A DNA stretch of 64,000 nt from positions 10,896 through 74,895 of the forward strand of contig CAYXNX010000002.1 of NCBI GenBank assembly GCA_964467035.1, given 5' to 3'. Both the position numbers and the translations under genes were made by a program. The notes beneath the pieces are model-generated. The model saw nothing but the letters and a program-made list of their open reading frames with translations, did no database searches and was not told where the DNA came from. Of this stretch, positions 63,626 to 64,000 are shown piece by piece. This stretch comes from Candidatus Woesearchaeota archaeon (GTDB lineage: Archaea; Nanobdellota; Nanobdellia; Pacearchaeales; GW2011-AR1). Position 1 is the stretch's first letter; every line of letters starts with the position of its first letter.

Positions 63626-64000
63626 TTAGTGTATGTTTTTTATTTCTGGGATTGGAATTCCTCTAATTTTTAGTGATTCGACTATCTCTGGAGTTAATCT
63701 TATCCCGGAGAGTGAAGAGGCATCAACTTTTCCTTTTATTTGAGAAGCTAAATTTGTCAACCTTTCTTCGTCTATCCATTCCCTAACTAAGGGACGAACA
63801 TAATCCACAACTTTGATACCTTTCTTTTTTGCATCATCCATTAATTTAATTCTTTGTTCATAAAAAACAGATTCTAAGCCTGGAATTAAATTTGCATAAG
63901 AAACAAAAAGCCCTATTTTTAAATGTTCTAATTTATTTAATTCATCCAAATAATCTTCTCCAGGATGAATCTTTGAAATTAATCCAATTTTATTTTTCCA
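63626..64000 (-). CDS. Hypothetical protein, 5' end outside the window
   Basis: The frame is open to nt 64000, so the listed start at 63949 is an internal TTG. Partial sequence ...KIHPGEDYLDELNKLEHLKIGLFVSYANL... has no family I can assign. Confidence 0.45.
   Translation of the reverse strand, partial: WKNKIGLISKIHPGEDYLDELNKLEHLKIGLFVSYANLIPGLESVFYEQRIKLMDDAKKKGIKVVDYVRPLVREWIDEERLTNLASQIKGKVDASSLSGIRLTPEIVESLKIRGIPIPEIKNIH

Overview
This 64-kb window is strongly AT-rich and gene-dense. It reads as archaeal chromosome, most consistent with a small-genome DPANN-type archaeon (inference from gene content and compactness). The archaeal information-processing core is clear: Alba, eS17, eL15, tRNA-splicing endonuclease, TFE, TBP, MCM, ATP-dependent DNA ligase, aIF2-beta, an RPA32-like OB/winged-helix protein, a RecJ/Cdc45-like DHH protein, archaeal-type ProRS, GatB, MinD and three tRNAs (Met-CAT, Arg-TCG, Ile-GAT). 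Alongside these sit a clearly bacterial-type LeuRS and a minimal bacterial-type AlaRS. Other genes include a T4-endoV-like glycosylase, Fic, HIT, MscS, CstA, an ABC exporter, rhomboid, an M32 carboxypeptidase, RarA, dCMP deaminase and NDK. I saw no rRNA, CRISPR array, integrase or transposase. The main leads are: (1) A translationally coupled minus-strand operon from 60.3 kb to the window edge encodes an AdkA-like kinase, a radical-SAM/SPASM-like enzyme, an HD hydrolase and a PAPS-reductase-family PP-loop enzyme, with no pathway I can name. (2) A 916-aa protein start-overlaps ndk and has a family-II-pyrophosphatase-like DHH/DHHA2 core flanked by two copies of an unknown domain. (3) A tandem array upstream of tRNA-Ile re-copies the first 13 nt of the tRNA in each unit. 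(4) A 153-bp MITE is present in two identical copies, each with its own 9-bp target-site duplication. (5) Two paralogous surface proteins share promoter, signal-anchor and C-terminal-anchor cassettes around divergent Cys-rich, dockerin-like ectodomains, and a third protein carries a canonical dockerin. (6) GC-enriched, hairpin-rich intergenic elements lie at 58.6-58.8 and 59.98-60.2 kb. Three ORF pairs are split exactly at homopolymer runs (T7, G5, A6), so assembly indels are possible and pseudogene calls should be treated cautiously.
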